DNA of 64,000 nucleotides from an uncultured Candidatus Saccharibacteria bacterium (lineage in GTDB: Bacteria > Patescibacteriota > Saccharimonadia > Saccharimonadales > EFPC-124): the NCBI GenBank assembly GCA_964447105.1, contig CAYURH010000002.1, forward strand, positions 845-64,844. The letters are read 5' to 3'. Position numbers and translations under genes: made by a program. Below the pieces are notes generated by a model, which saw only the letters and a program-made list of their open reading frames with translations, did no database searches and was not told the origin of the DNA. Positions 37,725-47,430 of this stretch are shown one piece after another. Within the stretch, counting starts at the first letter, position 1. Every line of letters begins with the position of its first letter.

Positions 37725-38243
37725 TTAGCGCAGAGAACGCCAGTCTCGATACACAACCTCCAGGCCGTTCAAGTTGTTGCTTGTCTTGACCGAAATAGCA
37801 TCGGCCACGACGTGCTTCACAAACTCGGGGTCACTGTGCGGAAGGTCAGCCTGCACTGCATCGGCATCCTTGCGCCAGTAATTCGGCATCAGGTGAATGT
37901 CGATAGAACGACCGAAGTAGTACGCCAGAGTGCCAAACCATGCCACCTCTTCGGAGGACAGTTTGAGCGCTTTGGTCGCAGCTTCGAATCGCTCGGACTG
38001 CAGGTTGTAGTAAACATCGCCGCCGTTCTGGAGCAGGAGCGACCACACCGTACTGATGTACGCTGCGTACGCCTTGGGCCCAACAACCAGAACAACATCC
38101 AGATCGTTCCCGTTACCCTCGCGGGCGACGGAACCGAACACAGCTACCTCTTGTACCGCCTTCCAGTTCACCATGGCGGTGAGCAGGGGAGCGGCCTTCT
38201 CGGCGACACTTTCGGTGCGCAGAGCGAGAGCGGTAGTAGACAT
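37725..38243 (-). CDS. Pol-beta-fold nucleotidyltransferase domain protein, 172 aa (high-GC island D)
   Basis: FGSVAREGNGNDLDVVLVV matches the GS-x(n)-DxD minimal NTase signature; SD gaaggga; consensus promoter upstream. Confidence 0.7.
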   Translation of the reverse strand: MSTTALALRTESVAEKAAPLLTAMVNWKAVQEVAVFGSVAREGNGNDLDVVLVVGPKAYAAYISTVWSLLLQNGGDVYYNLQSERFEAATKALKLSSEEVAWFGTLAYYFGRSIDIHLMPNYWRKDADAVQADLPHSDPEFVKHVVADAISVKTSNNLNGLEVVYRDWRSLR

Positions 38244-38295
38244 GATGTATCCCTTCAGGGTTCGCCACCAAGGCGGTCCTCGGTGGATTGGTTTA

Positions 38296-38324
38296 ATTAT
38301 ATCATTATATAAACGCTATGTCAA
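38296..38324 (-). promoter_or_regulatory. perfect-consensus sigma70 promoter (minus strand)
   Basis: the minus strand reads ttgaca, a 17-nt spacer, then tataat. Confidence 0.6.
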
Positions 38325-38336
38325 GTATTTAAATAG

Positions 38337-38365
38337 TTGACATGTTAGCATAGTTATTATAGAAT
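38337..38365 (+). promoter_or_regulatory. near-consensus sigma70 promoter (plus strand)
   Basis: ttgaca (38337-38342), 17-nt spacer, tagaat (38360-38365). Confidence 0.55.
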
Positions 38366-38468
38366 ATACATTACTATCTACCGGCACCTGGCCGGGGGTG
38401 TGCGAGGCACCGCCTCATTTAACATAGGACCGACAACTGGGGCGGCTGCCCCGGAAGGAGAGTGCTCA

Positions 38469-39542
38469 ATGACTTTCGTTGGCGCTCCGAACAACCAGTC
38501 CGATCGTAACTTCGTCATGCATGAGCTCGTGCCCCTCCTTCTGGAGGCCGCGGCGCCGTACATGGCTAACGCCGACACCGCCTTGCTCACGCGAGTGCGA
38601 TCGAGCGAGTTTGTGTTCGTAGGAGCCGACGCCCGCTTCAAGAGCTTCCAGCCCTGGGCTGAGTGGCTCACGGAGCGAGCGCGGGCCTACCAGCCCGAGC
38701 TCAACGTTCACGGCTACGATGTGGCCTGGGCGCCGCTTGCCAGCGCCACCGAGCAGTTCGGCCACTGGCTGCAAACGCTCATGTTCGACCTGGGGTTGGG
38801 CTATGAGCCCGACCGCTACTCCGAGGCACTGCACACGCTGCGGCGCGCCGCAGCCGACGAAGGAACGTCGCTGCTGGTCGTGGCATTTCTGAGCGCCCTG
38901 AGGGGTACCGACGAAATGCCCGGCATCATGGCAGCGATGCACGCCTACGCCGACAGCCTGGGCGTCCCCGACTGGCGCGTGGCAGTACCACCGACGACCG
39001 ATCACTTCCACCAGCGGCGCTTCATGGCGACGTTGACGGGCAGTGGCGGTGCCGGCACGGTGGTGTTCGTATACGCGACCGGTACCAGCGCATCACGCTT
39101 GGTCTGGCGGGTTTATGCCGACGAGAGTGGGCGTGAATACCTGGGGCAGTTGGCATCGAAAGCCTGCGAAGGCTGGCGTGCCGAAAGCAACCCCGAAAGG
39201 ACGCTCGGCGCCCTCCACGCGGTGCCCGACGACCTGATCGGCACCACGACCGCAGGTCAGCAGCAGCCCCGAGTCACCAACGTGCGCGACATCACGACGC
39301 CGTGCGACGCGGCATCCTACCGGACGCTGCTGAGCTGCGTGCGTTCATTCGTGGGTTCGAAGTACGCCGACGGACACCTGGAGACCGGCGAGGCCTGGAA
39401 CCAGGCTGTCGTCATGCCCCAGCGCATGACCGGCATCCACGTCACCCGAACCGACCTGCACCGCGCCCTGCGCGAAGTCGGGTGGGTTCAGGACTCGACG
39501 AGCGGCATGTGGTACTACAGCGAACCCAAGTACACGCCATAG
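38469..39542 (+). CDS. hypothetical protein, 357 aa (high-GC island D)
   Basis: SD ggaaggagag before ATG 38469 (preferred over the track GTG at 38400); no motif recognised. Confidence 0.65.
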   Translation: MTFVGAPNNQSDRNFVMHELVPLLLEAAAPYMANADTALLTRVRSSEFVFVGADARFKSFQPWAEWLTERARAYQPELNVHGYDVAWAPLASATEQFGHWLQTLMFDLGLGYEPDRYSEALHTLRRAAADEGTSLLVVAFLSALRGTDEMPGIMAAMHAYADSLGVPDWRVAVPPTTDHFHQRRFMATLTGSGGAGTVVFVYATGTSASRLVWRVYADESGREYLGQLASKACEGWRAESNPERTLGALHAVPDDLIGTTTAGQQQPRVTNVRDITTPCDAASYRTLLSCVRSFVGSKYADGHLETGEAWNQAVVMPQRMTGIHVTRTDLHRALREVGWVQDSTSGMWYYSEPKYTP

Positions 39543-39648
39543 TACAAAAGCAGTACCCTCACCAGAAATGGTTGGGGGTGCTGCCTCAACCCGAACTCTT
39601 ACATAGTGAGGTTTCAGGTTGAGCCTAAACACACGGCGATTTATATAT

Positions 39649-40611
39649 CTACAATCTGATCAATTCTTCAAGCCACGGCACCGGCTGATTTACCCGCTGC
39701 CACCACAAATCTTCCCAGATGTAATGCACGGCGAGCTGCTGGTACGGCGCGTACAGCGCAAACCGTTTTTTAAGTTCTTCCACCGAGACGGGGGTGTCGG
39801 GGTCACGATCAAAAAACAATTTAGAATAAATTTTCTGTTCCCACGGTGAAATATGATCAAAAAAATCATAGCGATGAAAGATATCAAAAAGCAGATACCA
39901 CACTGTCGCCGGGCCCACGCCGTAGATCGCCAGCAACGCGTCTTTTTGCTCCACCATGTCATGCACGCGCAGCGCCTGTTCGTCGACGCCGGTTGCAGCA
40001 AAATATTCATCTAACCGCTTGATAGTTTTGGCGCGGTAGCCCAGTTTGATCGCCCGTAAATCTTCTTCGGACACGTTTTGCAACGCGCCTGGCTGCCAAA
40101 AGCACCACAACGTTTTACCGTCAAATTCCACTTGTGTGCCGCAACGCTCAAATAGCGCCTGCAGCATCTGCACCGACCGTTTGACTGTAGTGTTTTGCAA
40201 CATCACCCCAATAATCAGATAGTCATATAGTGACCCGGCATGGCCTGGCCGCATACCGCGCCAGCGGGTGATGATGGGGCCGAGCAAATCGTCGTACGCA
40301 AATTTCTGATAAAAATCAGTCAAATCCAAATCCATGTTGTAGCGATAACGAATCTCTGCCTCAAGCGCATCGATGTCCTTGACCGGCTGATTAGCATAAA
40401 TCATCACCGTAACACTCGGTTTGTCTACTGTGCCGGCAGACGCAAATTTTAGCCCCAAACACTGCCCGCGCCATTGCCATGTCTGCCAACGCACGCCCGG
40501 CTGCCATTCGTTATCTTGCGACGCAAAATGGTCGGGTTTGTGAAACGTAGCATCAAACGCAAACGGTGCACGCGGGGTGAGTGTGAGGCTGGAAACTTGA
40601 GCAAGTGTCAT
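39649..40611 (-). CDS. HhH-GPD superfamily DNA glycosylase (AlkA-like)
   Basis: helix-hairpin-helix LLAIYGVGPATVWYLL with a downstream Asp region; N-terminal AlkA-like domain. Confidence 0.75.
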   Translation of the reverse strand: MTLAQVSSLTLTPRAPFAFDATFHKPDHFASQDNEWQPGVRWQTWQWRGQCLGLKFASAGTVDKPSVTVMIYANQPVKDIDALEAEIRYRYNMDLDLTDFYQKFAYDDLLGPIITRWRGMRPGHAGSLYDYLIIGVMLQNTTVKRSVQMLQALFERCGTQVEFDGKTLWCFWQPGALQNVSEEDLRAIKLGYRAKTIKRLDEYFAATGVDEQALRVHDMVEQKDALLAIYGVGPATVWYLLFDIFHRYDFFDHISPWEQKIYSKLFFDRDPDTPVSVEELKKRFALYAPYQQLAVHYIWEDLWWQRVNQPVPWLEELIRL

Positions 40612-40739
40612 CTGAACTCCGGTTTGTTCTATATGATAATTTTAGCAAGATTTTCTACCTCGCACACACACAAACTGCGTTTGACAATGCTCTCGCGCCG
40701 CAGCAAAATGAAGGTAATTGCTTATGTTCAGCTTAAAAC

Positions 40740-41861
40740 ATGACGAAAGCTAAGATTAAAGAATTCTTTTCAAACAACAGACAGCGCAATAATCTGATTA
40801 TCGCCGCTGGCTTTGCCGTATTGCTGGTGGGCGTACTGATGTTCGCCACACTCACTATGGCTGGCGGTTTTTTTGCGGCGACCGAACCAGAAAACGGCAC
40901 ACGCACAGGCAACGCGCAGTTAGTGGCAGACGGCAGCGCATCAGGCGGATCGGCCGTCCAGTTTACGGCGCCTGCAGCACCACCGCCCCCGCCGTCAAAC
41001 GGTTGCGCGAGCAACGTCAGCGGATCATCGCCAGCATGCACGCTGCTGCCGCCCGCACCATTGCCAGCGGGCAAGCACTGGAACGTCAGTTTTTCCGAAG
41101 AATTTAATGGCAGTGACTACGACCACAGCAAACTTACACCATGTTTCGACTGGAATTATGGCGGTTGCACCAGCTCATTCAACCAAGGACGCGAGCATTA
41201 CGATCCGTCGCAAGTAGTAGTAGGTAGTGGCACCGCCAAACTAATTGCCGCGCCGTTGTCGCCAGCATATGCATCAACTGCATGCCAGACCAACTCATGC
41301 ACGTACAAAGCCGGTCTACTTTCGACAGCACGACCAAACGCCGGCAACGGATCGGATTATACATATAAGTTTACCTATGGTTATATAGAATCTAGTTTTA
41401 AATTTCCAGCTACACAAGGATTCTTTACCGCATTTTGGATGCTACCGGCGAACCCAAGCTACGACTATGGCACCGAGATCGACATCCTAGAAGTACTGGG
41501 CAACGACCCCAAAAGCATGTTTATGCACTACCACTACGGGACAGATCGCACCACATCATATTCTCCCAACAATGACTCGCTACTATACAACGGTGCTTGC
41601 GCCGTCAAAGACTACTCGCAAAACTTTGTACGCATGGGTGTAGACTGGCAGCCCGACCACATCGCCTGGTATATCGACGGTGTGAAGTGCGGCCAGTTTA
41701 GCAACGCCAGCCAGATAGAATCCGGCCCTATGCAGCTTATCCTGCACATGATGGTGGACAACAACTGGCAGCGATCCTGGGGTGTTGGCCTGAAAGAATC
41801 CGACGCCAACCTGACTCGTCAACTCGAAGTTGATTACATCCGTGTATATCAACTGCAGTAA
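40740..41861 (+). CDS. secreted glycoside hydrolase family 16 (beta-glucanase-like) with a signal anchor, shared N-module and poly-Pro linker
   Basis: GH16 catalytic motif EIDILE (GTEIDILEVLG); N-terminal TM; FFAATEPENGT...ASGGSAVQF; PPPPPS. Confidence 0.8.
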   Translation: MTKAKIKEFFSNNRQRNNLIIAAGFAVLLVGVLMFATLTMAGGFFAATEPENGTRTGNAQLVADGSASGGSAVQFTAPAAPPPPPSNGCASNVSGSSPACTLLPPAPLPAGKHWNVSFSEEFNGSDYDHSKLTPCFDWNYGGCTSSFNQGREHYDPSQVVVGSGTAKLIAAPLSPAYASTACQTNSCTYKAGLLSTARPNAGNGSDYTYKFTYGYIESSFKFPATQGFFTAFWMLPANPSYDYGTEIDILEVLGNDPKSMFMHYHYGTDRTTSYSPNNDSLLYNGACAVKDYSQNFVRMGVDWQPDHIAWYIDGVKCGQFSNASQIESGPMQLILHMMVDNNWQRSWGVGLKESDANLTRQLEVDYIRVYQLQ

Positions 41862-41896
41862 GGTTTAGCATCTGCCACTAACCAGCGCCTCGCCAA

Positions 41897-41932
41897 GGCC
41901 AACTGCGCCGGCACACCCCGACGCAGTTGGCC
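41897..41932 (+). terminator. stem-loop terminator
   Basis: 11-bp stem ggccaactgcg/cgcagttggcc. Confidence 0.55.
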
Positions 41933-41967
41933 GCCCCAATCTTATTTCGTTAATTACCCCAGTAACC

Positions 41968-41996
41968 TTGCTTGCTCAAGCATAACCACCTATACT
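41968..41996 (+). promoter_or_regulatory. candidate sigma70 promoter
   Basis: ttgctt (41968-41973), 17-nt spacer, tatact (41991-41996). Confidence 0.45.
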
Positions 41997-42023
41997 AATC
42001 AAAGACTGAGGGGTTAATACGCA

Positions 42024-43250
42024 TTGGCGCAAAACACACAAACAACACATAGTCCCCCCAACAAATTTGCCATATTATGGCGATCTTCGTGGGCTTTTAA
42101 AATTGGGCTCGTTGCATGTGCGCTTATTATCATTTCGGCTGTGTCATTTTGGGCGGTAAATTCGCTCACCACCCAACAACCAAACCTCCCAGAGACACCG
42201 GCCACCTCTACCAACAATCCACTGCAACCACCTACCGGTTTTTCAACCCCCGACGAATCACAATCAGACAGCCAACCACCGGCAGCCACCACGCCCGGCA
42301 CTTCCCCAAAATCAACCACCGGATCCTCCGGGAACAGCTCCACGGGCAACAGTTCGGGGTCAAACAACAACTCGGGTGGGGGAGGCAGTAATGGGCCGTC
42401 GTGCGCAGCCGGCACCCACGTCGTAGGTGGTAGTGACGCCACAGGTGGTTGTTGGCCCGGCCCCAACAACACAGGCATACCCGCTGGCACCGTACTCAGT
42501 GCTTACGGCGGGCCATGCACCATCACCACCGACAACACAGTGATTGACGGCAAGACTGTTAACTGCGACATGTCCATTCAAGCGAGCAATGTGACTATCA
42601 AAAACAGCAAGGTCAATGGCAGTCTCATCGTTGATCTGGATTTGCCAGGTTCCAGCTCGTGGTCACTTACTCTTGTAGATTCAGAAGTCGATGGGGGACA
42701 ACAGCAAATATCGGCTGTGGGCTGGGGTAACTTAACAGTACTCCGCGCCAATATTCACGGTGGCCAAGCCGCTATCCAATGTGAAGAAAATAGCTCATCA
42801 TGCTATATCCAAGACTCTTACCTGCACGGCCAATACATCCCAGATGATCAGCCCTGGCACTTGGGCGGGTTCCTGAGTGATGGCGGCCAAAACATGACGT
42901 TCAAGCACAATTTCATCATCTGCGATCATGCCGTAAACTCGGTCAACGAAGGCTGTACCGGCGACCTCAACCTCATACCAAACTTTGCATCTATCACCAA
43001 CGTACTCATCGAACACAACTTGTTTGGCGCCAACATCGGATCGTCCTACTGCACGTATGGCGGCGAAAAATCAACGTCGCCTACACCTCATTCCGACCAC
43101 ATCATCTATAAAGACAATATTTTCCAGCGCGGCACCAACAACTTGTGCGCCGCATTTGGCCCAGTGACTAATTTTGACATCAACCAACCCGGCAACCAAT
43201 GGATCAATAACCGCTGGGCCGATGGCGGCGTAGTAGACCCAGCCAACTAA
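42024..43250 (+). CDS. secreted Cys-rich protein with a predicted right-handed beta-helix domain (paralog 1), TTG start
   Basis: signal anchor, Ser/Thr/Pro/Gly linker, then short repeats of the type NVTIKNSKVNG, LVDSEVDGG, LRANIHGG, IEHNLFGAN, YKDNIFQRG; paralogous to 46221 and 53369. Confidence 0.7.
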   Translation: MAQNTQTTHSPPNKFAILWRSSWAFKIGLVACALIIISAVSFWAVNSLTTQQPNLPETPATSTNNPLQPPTGFSTPDESQSDSQPPAATTPGTSPKSTTGSSGNSSTGNSSGSNNNSGGGGSNGPSCAAGTHVVGGSDATGGCWPGPNNTGIPAGTVLSAYGGPCTITTDNTVIDGKTVNCDMSIQASNVTIKNSKVNGSLIVDLDLPGSSSWSLTLVDSEVDGGQQQISAVGWGNLTVLRANIHGGQAAIQCEENSSSCYIQDSYLHGQYIPDDQPWHLGGFLSDGGQNMTFKHNFIICDHAVNSVNEGCTGDLNLIPNFASITNVLIEHNLFGANIGSSYCTYGGEKSTSPTPHSDHIIYKDNIFQRGTNNLCAAFGPVTNFDINQPGNQWINNRWADGGVVDPAN

Positions 43251-43945
43251 GCTCTAAACAACCATGTGACAGCCGTATTGGCAACGGCCGCAACTTCTTT
43301 GATCTCGATGCCACACATTGTCCATAGCTGACTGCCCGGAGCGCTCATGCCGATTGTCTGACTGCCAGCCGTAGACGCTGTTTGATACGCGTGATATTGC
43401 ACGCTATTCGTGTTGATGTGACCGTCGCCCAAACCATCTTCAGTCGCACTTGATAGATAGGCACGCGATGTGGGGTCTTGGCTGGCCAGATCTACGCTCG
43501 CCCAGGTCACGATAGAATTATTTGCTGTGCTCGTAAGTGTAGCCGATGGCGCACCGCTGCCGCTAATAGTACTGTTTGTTGCCGGCGACGTATCTACCTG
43601 CGCACCCGACCAACGTTCTACCACCATAGTGTGGAAACAACTGGCGCCTGGCGCCGACAGCGTCACGGTCATAGAGCCGGGCGATCCCGATACAACCGAG
43701 GTAAAAATAGTCACGTAGCCGTTAAACCCGCCGGGCTGCGCGGTGGCTTTGCGAGAATAGGAGAGGCTACCGCCGCTCGGTGTACCACTTGGCGTACCGG
43801 TATCCCAGGTAGTGGCTTTTACGACAAGCAACTCGCCATTACTTGGCGTAAAAGATGCCGTGCTCAGCGTAGAAGTGTCGCCAGACTGGCTTGAGGATAC
43901 AAAGTAACTATTGACAAGAGTAGGTATGGCGCTGCCTTTGGTAGA
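43247..43945 (-). pseudogene. open frame of 232 codons lacking a canonical start in its first 38 codons (possibly a 5'-truncated gene; the track model starts at TTG 43831)
   Basis: in-frame stop at 43946-43948; no ATG/GTG/TTG until 43831; the peptide continues smoothly across that point (...SFTPSNGELLVVKATTW...). Confidence 0.35.
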
Positions 43946-44061
43946 TTAGGATCTTCAGATTGAATTAATTATAACATAATTAACCTTATTAAGCAATACC
44001 AATATGCACTAGCCTCGAGGGGCTATTGACCGCACCGAGTAACTATAGATATTCTGTGTAT

Positions 44062-44922
44062 ATGCCGCATACGCTTATCGCCAACACCAAAAATCGCACC
44101 AACGTTATCATTGCCGCCACCGTAGCATTCATGATTATTGCTGTAGGCGTTACTCTAGTGGTAAGTAAGGCTTCGGGCTTTTTTGCCGCCAACGAACCAG
44201 AACTGGGCACACTCGCCGGCAATGCGAGCCAAGTAACTATAGCCGGGGCATCAGGCGGTAAAGCCTTGCAATTCAACGCCCCTGCGACTCCGCCGCCACC
44301 GCCACCACCCAGTGGCCCGCAAGCTATCAAAATCATGCCACTCGGCGACTCAATCACCCAAGGCGGTGTCGGCGGCGACCCCAATACGATCAATGGCTAC
44401 CGCTTGCAACTATGGAACGACCTGAAGTCCGACTACACCATCGACTACGTTGGCACCTGGCAAAACGGAAATTCGCAACTGCCAGACAAAGACCTAAACG
44501 GTTTTAGTGGCAATTGCATCATGATCAACCCATGCAACGGCGACCCGTCGCTTTACTCCAGAACTGCCAACTGGGTGAGCACCGAAAACCCAGACCTAGT
44601 CATTATGCAGGGTGGTGGAAATGACTTTTCCGATCCCAGCACCACCGAAACCAAGGTCGAAACATACATGGAAAGCTGGATACAACTGGTGTTTGCCACC
44701 AAACCGAGCGTCAAGATCATTGTAGCTGGACCGCCGCAATGGTATCCGGGCTACGACACCGCACTGGCAAATTATGTCAGCGCGCAACGCGCCGCCGGCA
44801 AACCAATCCGCTACATATCGATCGCCACCTACGGCACGGTAGATGGCACACACCCTTCGGTTGCCGGCTATGCAGACTGGGGCGACGCTTTGGCTACAAA
44901 GGTACGGGAATTGTTCCCGTAG
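44062..44922 (+). CDS. secreted SGNH/GDSL hydrolase with a signal anchor, shared N-module and poly-Pro linker
   Basis: block I LGDSITQGG, block III GGGNDF, block V DGTHP; FFAANEPELGT...ASGGKALQF; PPPPPPPPS. Confidence 0.8.
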   Translation: MPHTLIANTKNRTNVIIAATVAFMIIAVGVTLVVSKASGFFAANEPELGTLAGNASQVTIAGASGGKALQFNAPATPPPPPPPSGPQAIKIMPLGDSITQGGVGGDPNTINGYRLQLWNDLKSDYTIDYVGTWQNGNSQLPDKDLNGFSGNCIMINPCNGDPSLYSRTANWVSTENPDLVIMQGGGNDFSDPSTTETKVETYMESWIQLVFATKPSVKIIVAGPPQWYPGYDTALANYVSAQRAAGKPIRYISIATYGTVDGTHPSVAGYADWGDALATKVRELFP

Positions 44923-45005
44923 TGTCATTTGGAATATTCATTGACGATTTATGCACGCCACCACGCTAGACTTGATATAGTAAACACAGGTAATAAAATA
45001 ACTAT

Positions 45006-46091
45006 ATGAAGACAGCTCGCTGGATCCTCACTTTAATCGTTATCGTAGCCATTGTTGCACCCGCAATGGTATTTCGGTTTTTACCAACGCCCGACAACCT
45101 GCCGACTGACGCTCAAGAATATCGGATCGCCACTACCGCAGTAGTTTTGTTTGCCTGGCTACATATTGGTTCAGTTTTGCTTTTCCTTGCGGGCCTACAA
45201 GGATTCAAAGAGGAATTCAGAAGGGCATATAAAGCCATCTGTCTGGGGCTAGCACTGTACGGCATCAGCCTATTGCAGTTTCCGATTATCGCAGCATTAA
45301 ATTTATGGCAAAGTGCATGGTCGACCAACGGGGGCAAAGCGATACCGCTTATTGCCGCAAATATCATGCTCTTTATTGGCTTGCGTCTATTCGCAAAACA
45401 GCTAAATATACAGAGCTGGACACAGTCTTTTTGGCTTCTTGCAATTGCGCCCGTGGCAGCTGCACTATTTAGCCTACTAGCAGAAGACGCACGGCGGCTA
45501 GAATTTGTAGCCGACGTCCTTTGCCTTGGTCTTGCGGTTATCTGTGCACCTTTGGTGTGGCAGATATTGCGCGCAACGGGTAAAGCTTACAAAAACTCAC
45601 TCCGTTGGTTGGCTATTGTGCTAACGGTCAATATTGTTGCCCAGTTTCTGCCGCCGCTCATTATTGCGCTTAGAGCCACGGAGGGTGCCTACATAACATT
45701 GCCTTTTGCGATAGCCGGGATAGTAAGTGTCGTTGCCGGGTATAGCTTCACCAAGATCGGCATATCTTTGACCATGGAGGAGTCATCGGAAGCAGGCAAT
45801 GCAAAAGCACTTAACCTGCTCATATATCTGGCTTCTCTGGCTTCAAGTCCAAAAGCTATTGACCCCATCATGGACAATGTCCGTTTTATTACGGCTCGAT
45901 CCTCGGTGGATGCGCCGCTTTCGGAAAACGATCAGAAGCAGCTGGTTGTTGTCTATAATCGTCTAATAGCCTACTTGATCAATCAAGACCCGTTACGAGT
46001 GTACGACAAGCCCTTGCTTGACAGAAAAATCCGCAAAAAATTTCAGCACACCGATCCCGCTGAAGCAGTTTTTTGGAACAGTATCGCCTAG
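45006..46091 (+). CDS. polytopic membrane protein MP1 (8 TM, then a C-terminal soluble helical module)
   Basis: paralog of 47431 and 56127, with the soluble module at the opposite end. Confidence 0.75.
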   Translation: MKTARWILTLIVIVAIVAPAMVFRFLPTPDNLPTDAQEYRIATTAVVLFAWLHIGSVLLFLAGLQGFKEEFRRAYKAICLGLALYGISLLQFPIIAALNLWQSAWSTNGGKAIPLIAANIMLFIGLRLFAKQLNIQSWTQSFWLLAIAPVAAALFSLLAEDARRLEFVADVLCLGLAVICAPLVWQILRATGKAYKNSLRWLAIVLTVNIVAQFLPPLIIALRATEGAYITLPFAIAGIVSVVAGYSFTKIGISLTMEESSEAGNAKALNLLIYLASLASSPKAIDPIMDNVRFITARSSVDAPLSENDQKQLVVVYNRLIAYLINQDPLRVYDKPLLDRKIRKKFQHTDPAEAVFWNSIA

Positions 46092-46220
46092 GTTTATCTA
46101 ATGTCTGCGCCGCACCTTCTGGTATGTCATGCTTGTAATAGTGAAAGGCACGAGGATCATTGACTCCTTGCGCGGATTGCCGCACTATAAGCATAAAGGT
46201 AAACGAGCGCATATTTTGCT

Positions 46221-47426
46221 ATGGTACATAAAAATAAATTGCAAAGCGAATCCAGGCAGGGAAAGATAGCTACATTTTGGCGTGCATCCAAAGTAAATAA
46301 GCTGGCAGCATTTGGCATAGTATTTATTGTCGCCGTGATAGGTGTGGCTGTGGCATTCGTAAGCGCATCGGGCTTTTTTGCGGCCAACGAGCCGGAGCAG
46401 GGCACTCGCACGGCGAACGCCCAGTTGGTTACTGACGCCAGCGCATCTGGCGGTCAAGCCATTCAATTTACCGCACCAACCGCGCCTCCGCCTCCGCCAC
46501 CAACAGGTAGCTGTGCAGTAAGCACATCGCACGTGCCCGATGGCCCAGACGGTATGGGTGGGTGCTGGCCAGGGCCAAGCAACACCGGGCCCAATGCAGC
46601 CGAATCGACCATGGCTACCTATACCGGCTCGTGCAATATCACGACCACGAATGCTGTCATTGACTCCAAAGTTATTAACTGTTCGCCGCTGGTCGTCAGT
46701 GCCCCTGGTCTGGTGGTCAAAAACTCATATCTCAAAGGTGGCGTAGGTCGCGGCGACGACACCATACCATTCACCATCCAAGACTCACTGCTCGACAACA
46801 ACACGTCTACCGGATACGCCTGCGGCGACCCCAACAACACCACAACTGATTGTGGCGTTACCGGTAGCAACTTTACCATTTTGCGTACAGAGATCATGCA
46901 CACCAATCGTGCAGCATATTGCCAAGACAACTGCACCATCAAAGATAGTTACTTCCACGGTACAAACCTGCAGCCGATTGCTTCCAACCTGGCGCACGCA
47001 TCATCGGTACGCAACGAGCAAAATCTCACGCTCAATCACAACACTATAGCCTGCGACTATACCGGACCATTTCCCAATGGTGAAATTGGTTGTTCGGCCG
47101 ACATGTCAGGATACCCTGACTTTACGCCGATTAGAAACGACACGATTATCAAAAACTTGTTCATGTCTAACAATGCGGGTATTGCATTTTGTGCGTACGG
47201 TGGCGGCACAGCTGGCAAGCCTTTTAGTAGTGATCCCACCAACGCCACTAACATAGTATTCGAAAACAACATCTTTCAGCGCGGCGCAAATGGCAAGTGT
47301 GGCGCAAATGGCCCCATAACTGATTACATAAATGGTCGCAGCGGCAATTCATGGTGCAACAACAAATACGACAATGGCACCCTGATCAATTCCACTTGGA
47401 CCTGCCTGAATAAAACATCGATATAG
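46221..47426 (+). CDS. secreted Cys-rich beta-helix-like protein (paralog 2) with the shared N-module
   Basis: FFAANEPEQGT...ASGGQAIQF, PPPPPPT, then CAVSTSHVPDGPDGMGGCWPGPSNTG aligned with paralogs 1 and 3. Confidence 0.75.
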   Translation: MVHKNKLQSESRQGKIATFWRASKVNKLAAFGIVFIVAVIGVAVAFVSASGFFAANEPEQGTRTANAQLVTDASASGGQAIQFTAPTAPPPPPPTGSCAVSTSHVPDGPDGMGGCWPGPSNTGPNAAESTMATYTGSCNITTTNAVIDSKVINCSPLVVSAPGLVVKNSYLKGGVGRGDDTIPFTIQDSLLDNNTSTGYACGDPNNTTTDCGVTGSNFTILRTEIMHTNRAAYCQDNCTIKDSYFHGTNLQPIASNLAHASSVRNEQNLTLNHNTIACDYTGPFPNGEIGCSADMSGYPDFTPIRNDTIIKNLFMSNNAGIAFCAYGGGTAGKPFSSDPTNATNIVFENNIFQRGANGKCGANGPITDYINGRSGNSWCNNKYDNGTLINSTWTCLNKTSI

Positions 47427-47430
47427 GCCT

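Noticed and set aside
36893-38312. Plus-strand ORFs of 191 aa (36893..37468) and 229 aa (37623..38312)
   Set aside because: They are antisense to the DUF1697 and NTase genes, which carry recognisable family motifs. The antisense products have no motifs or SDs.
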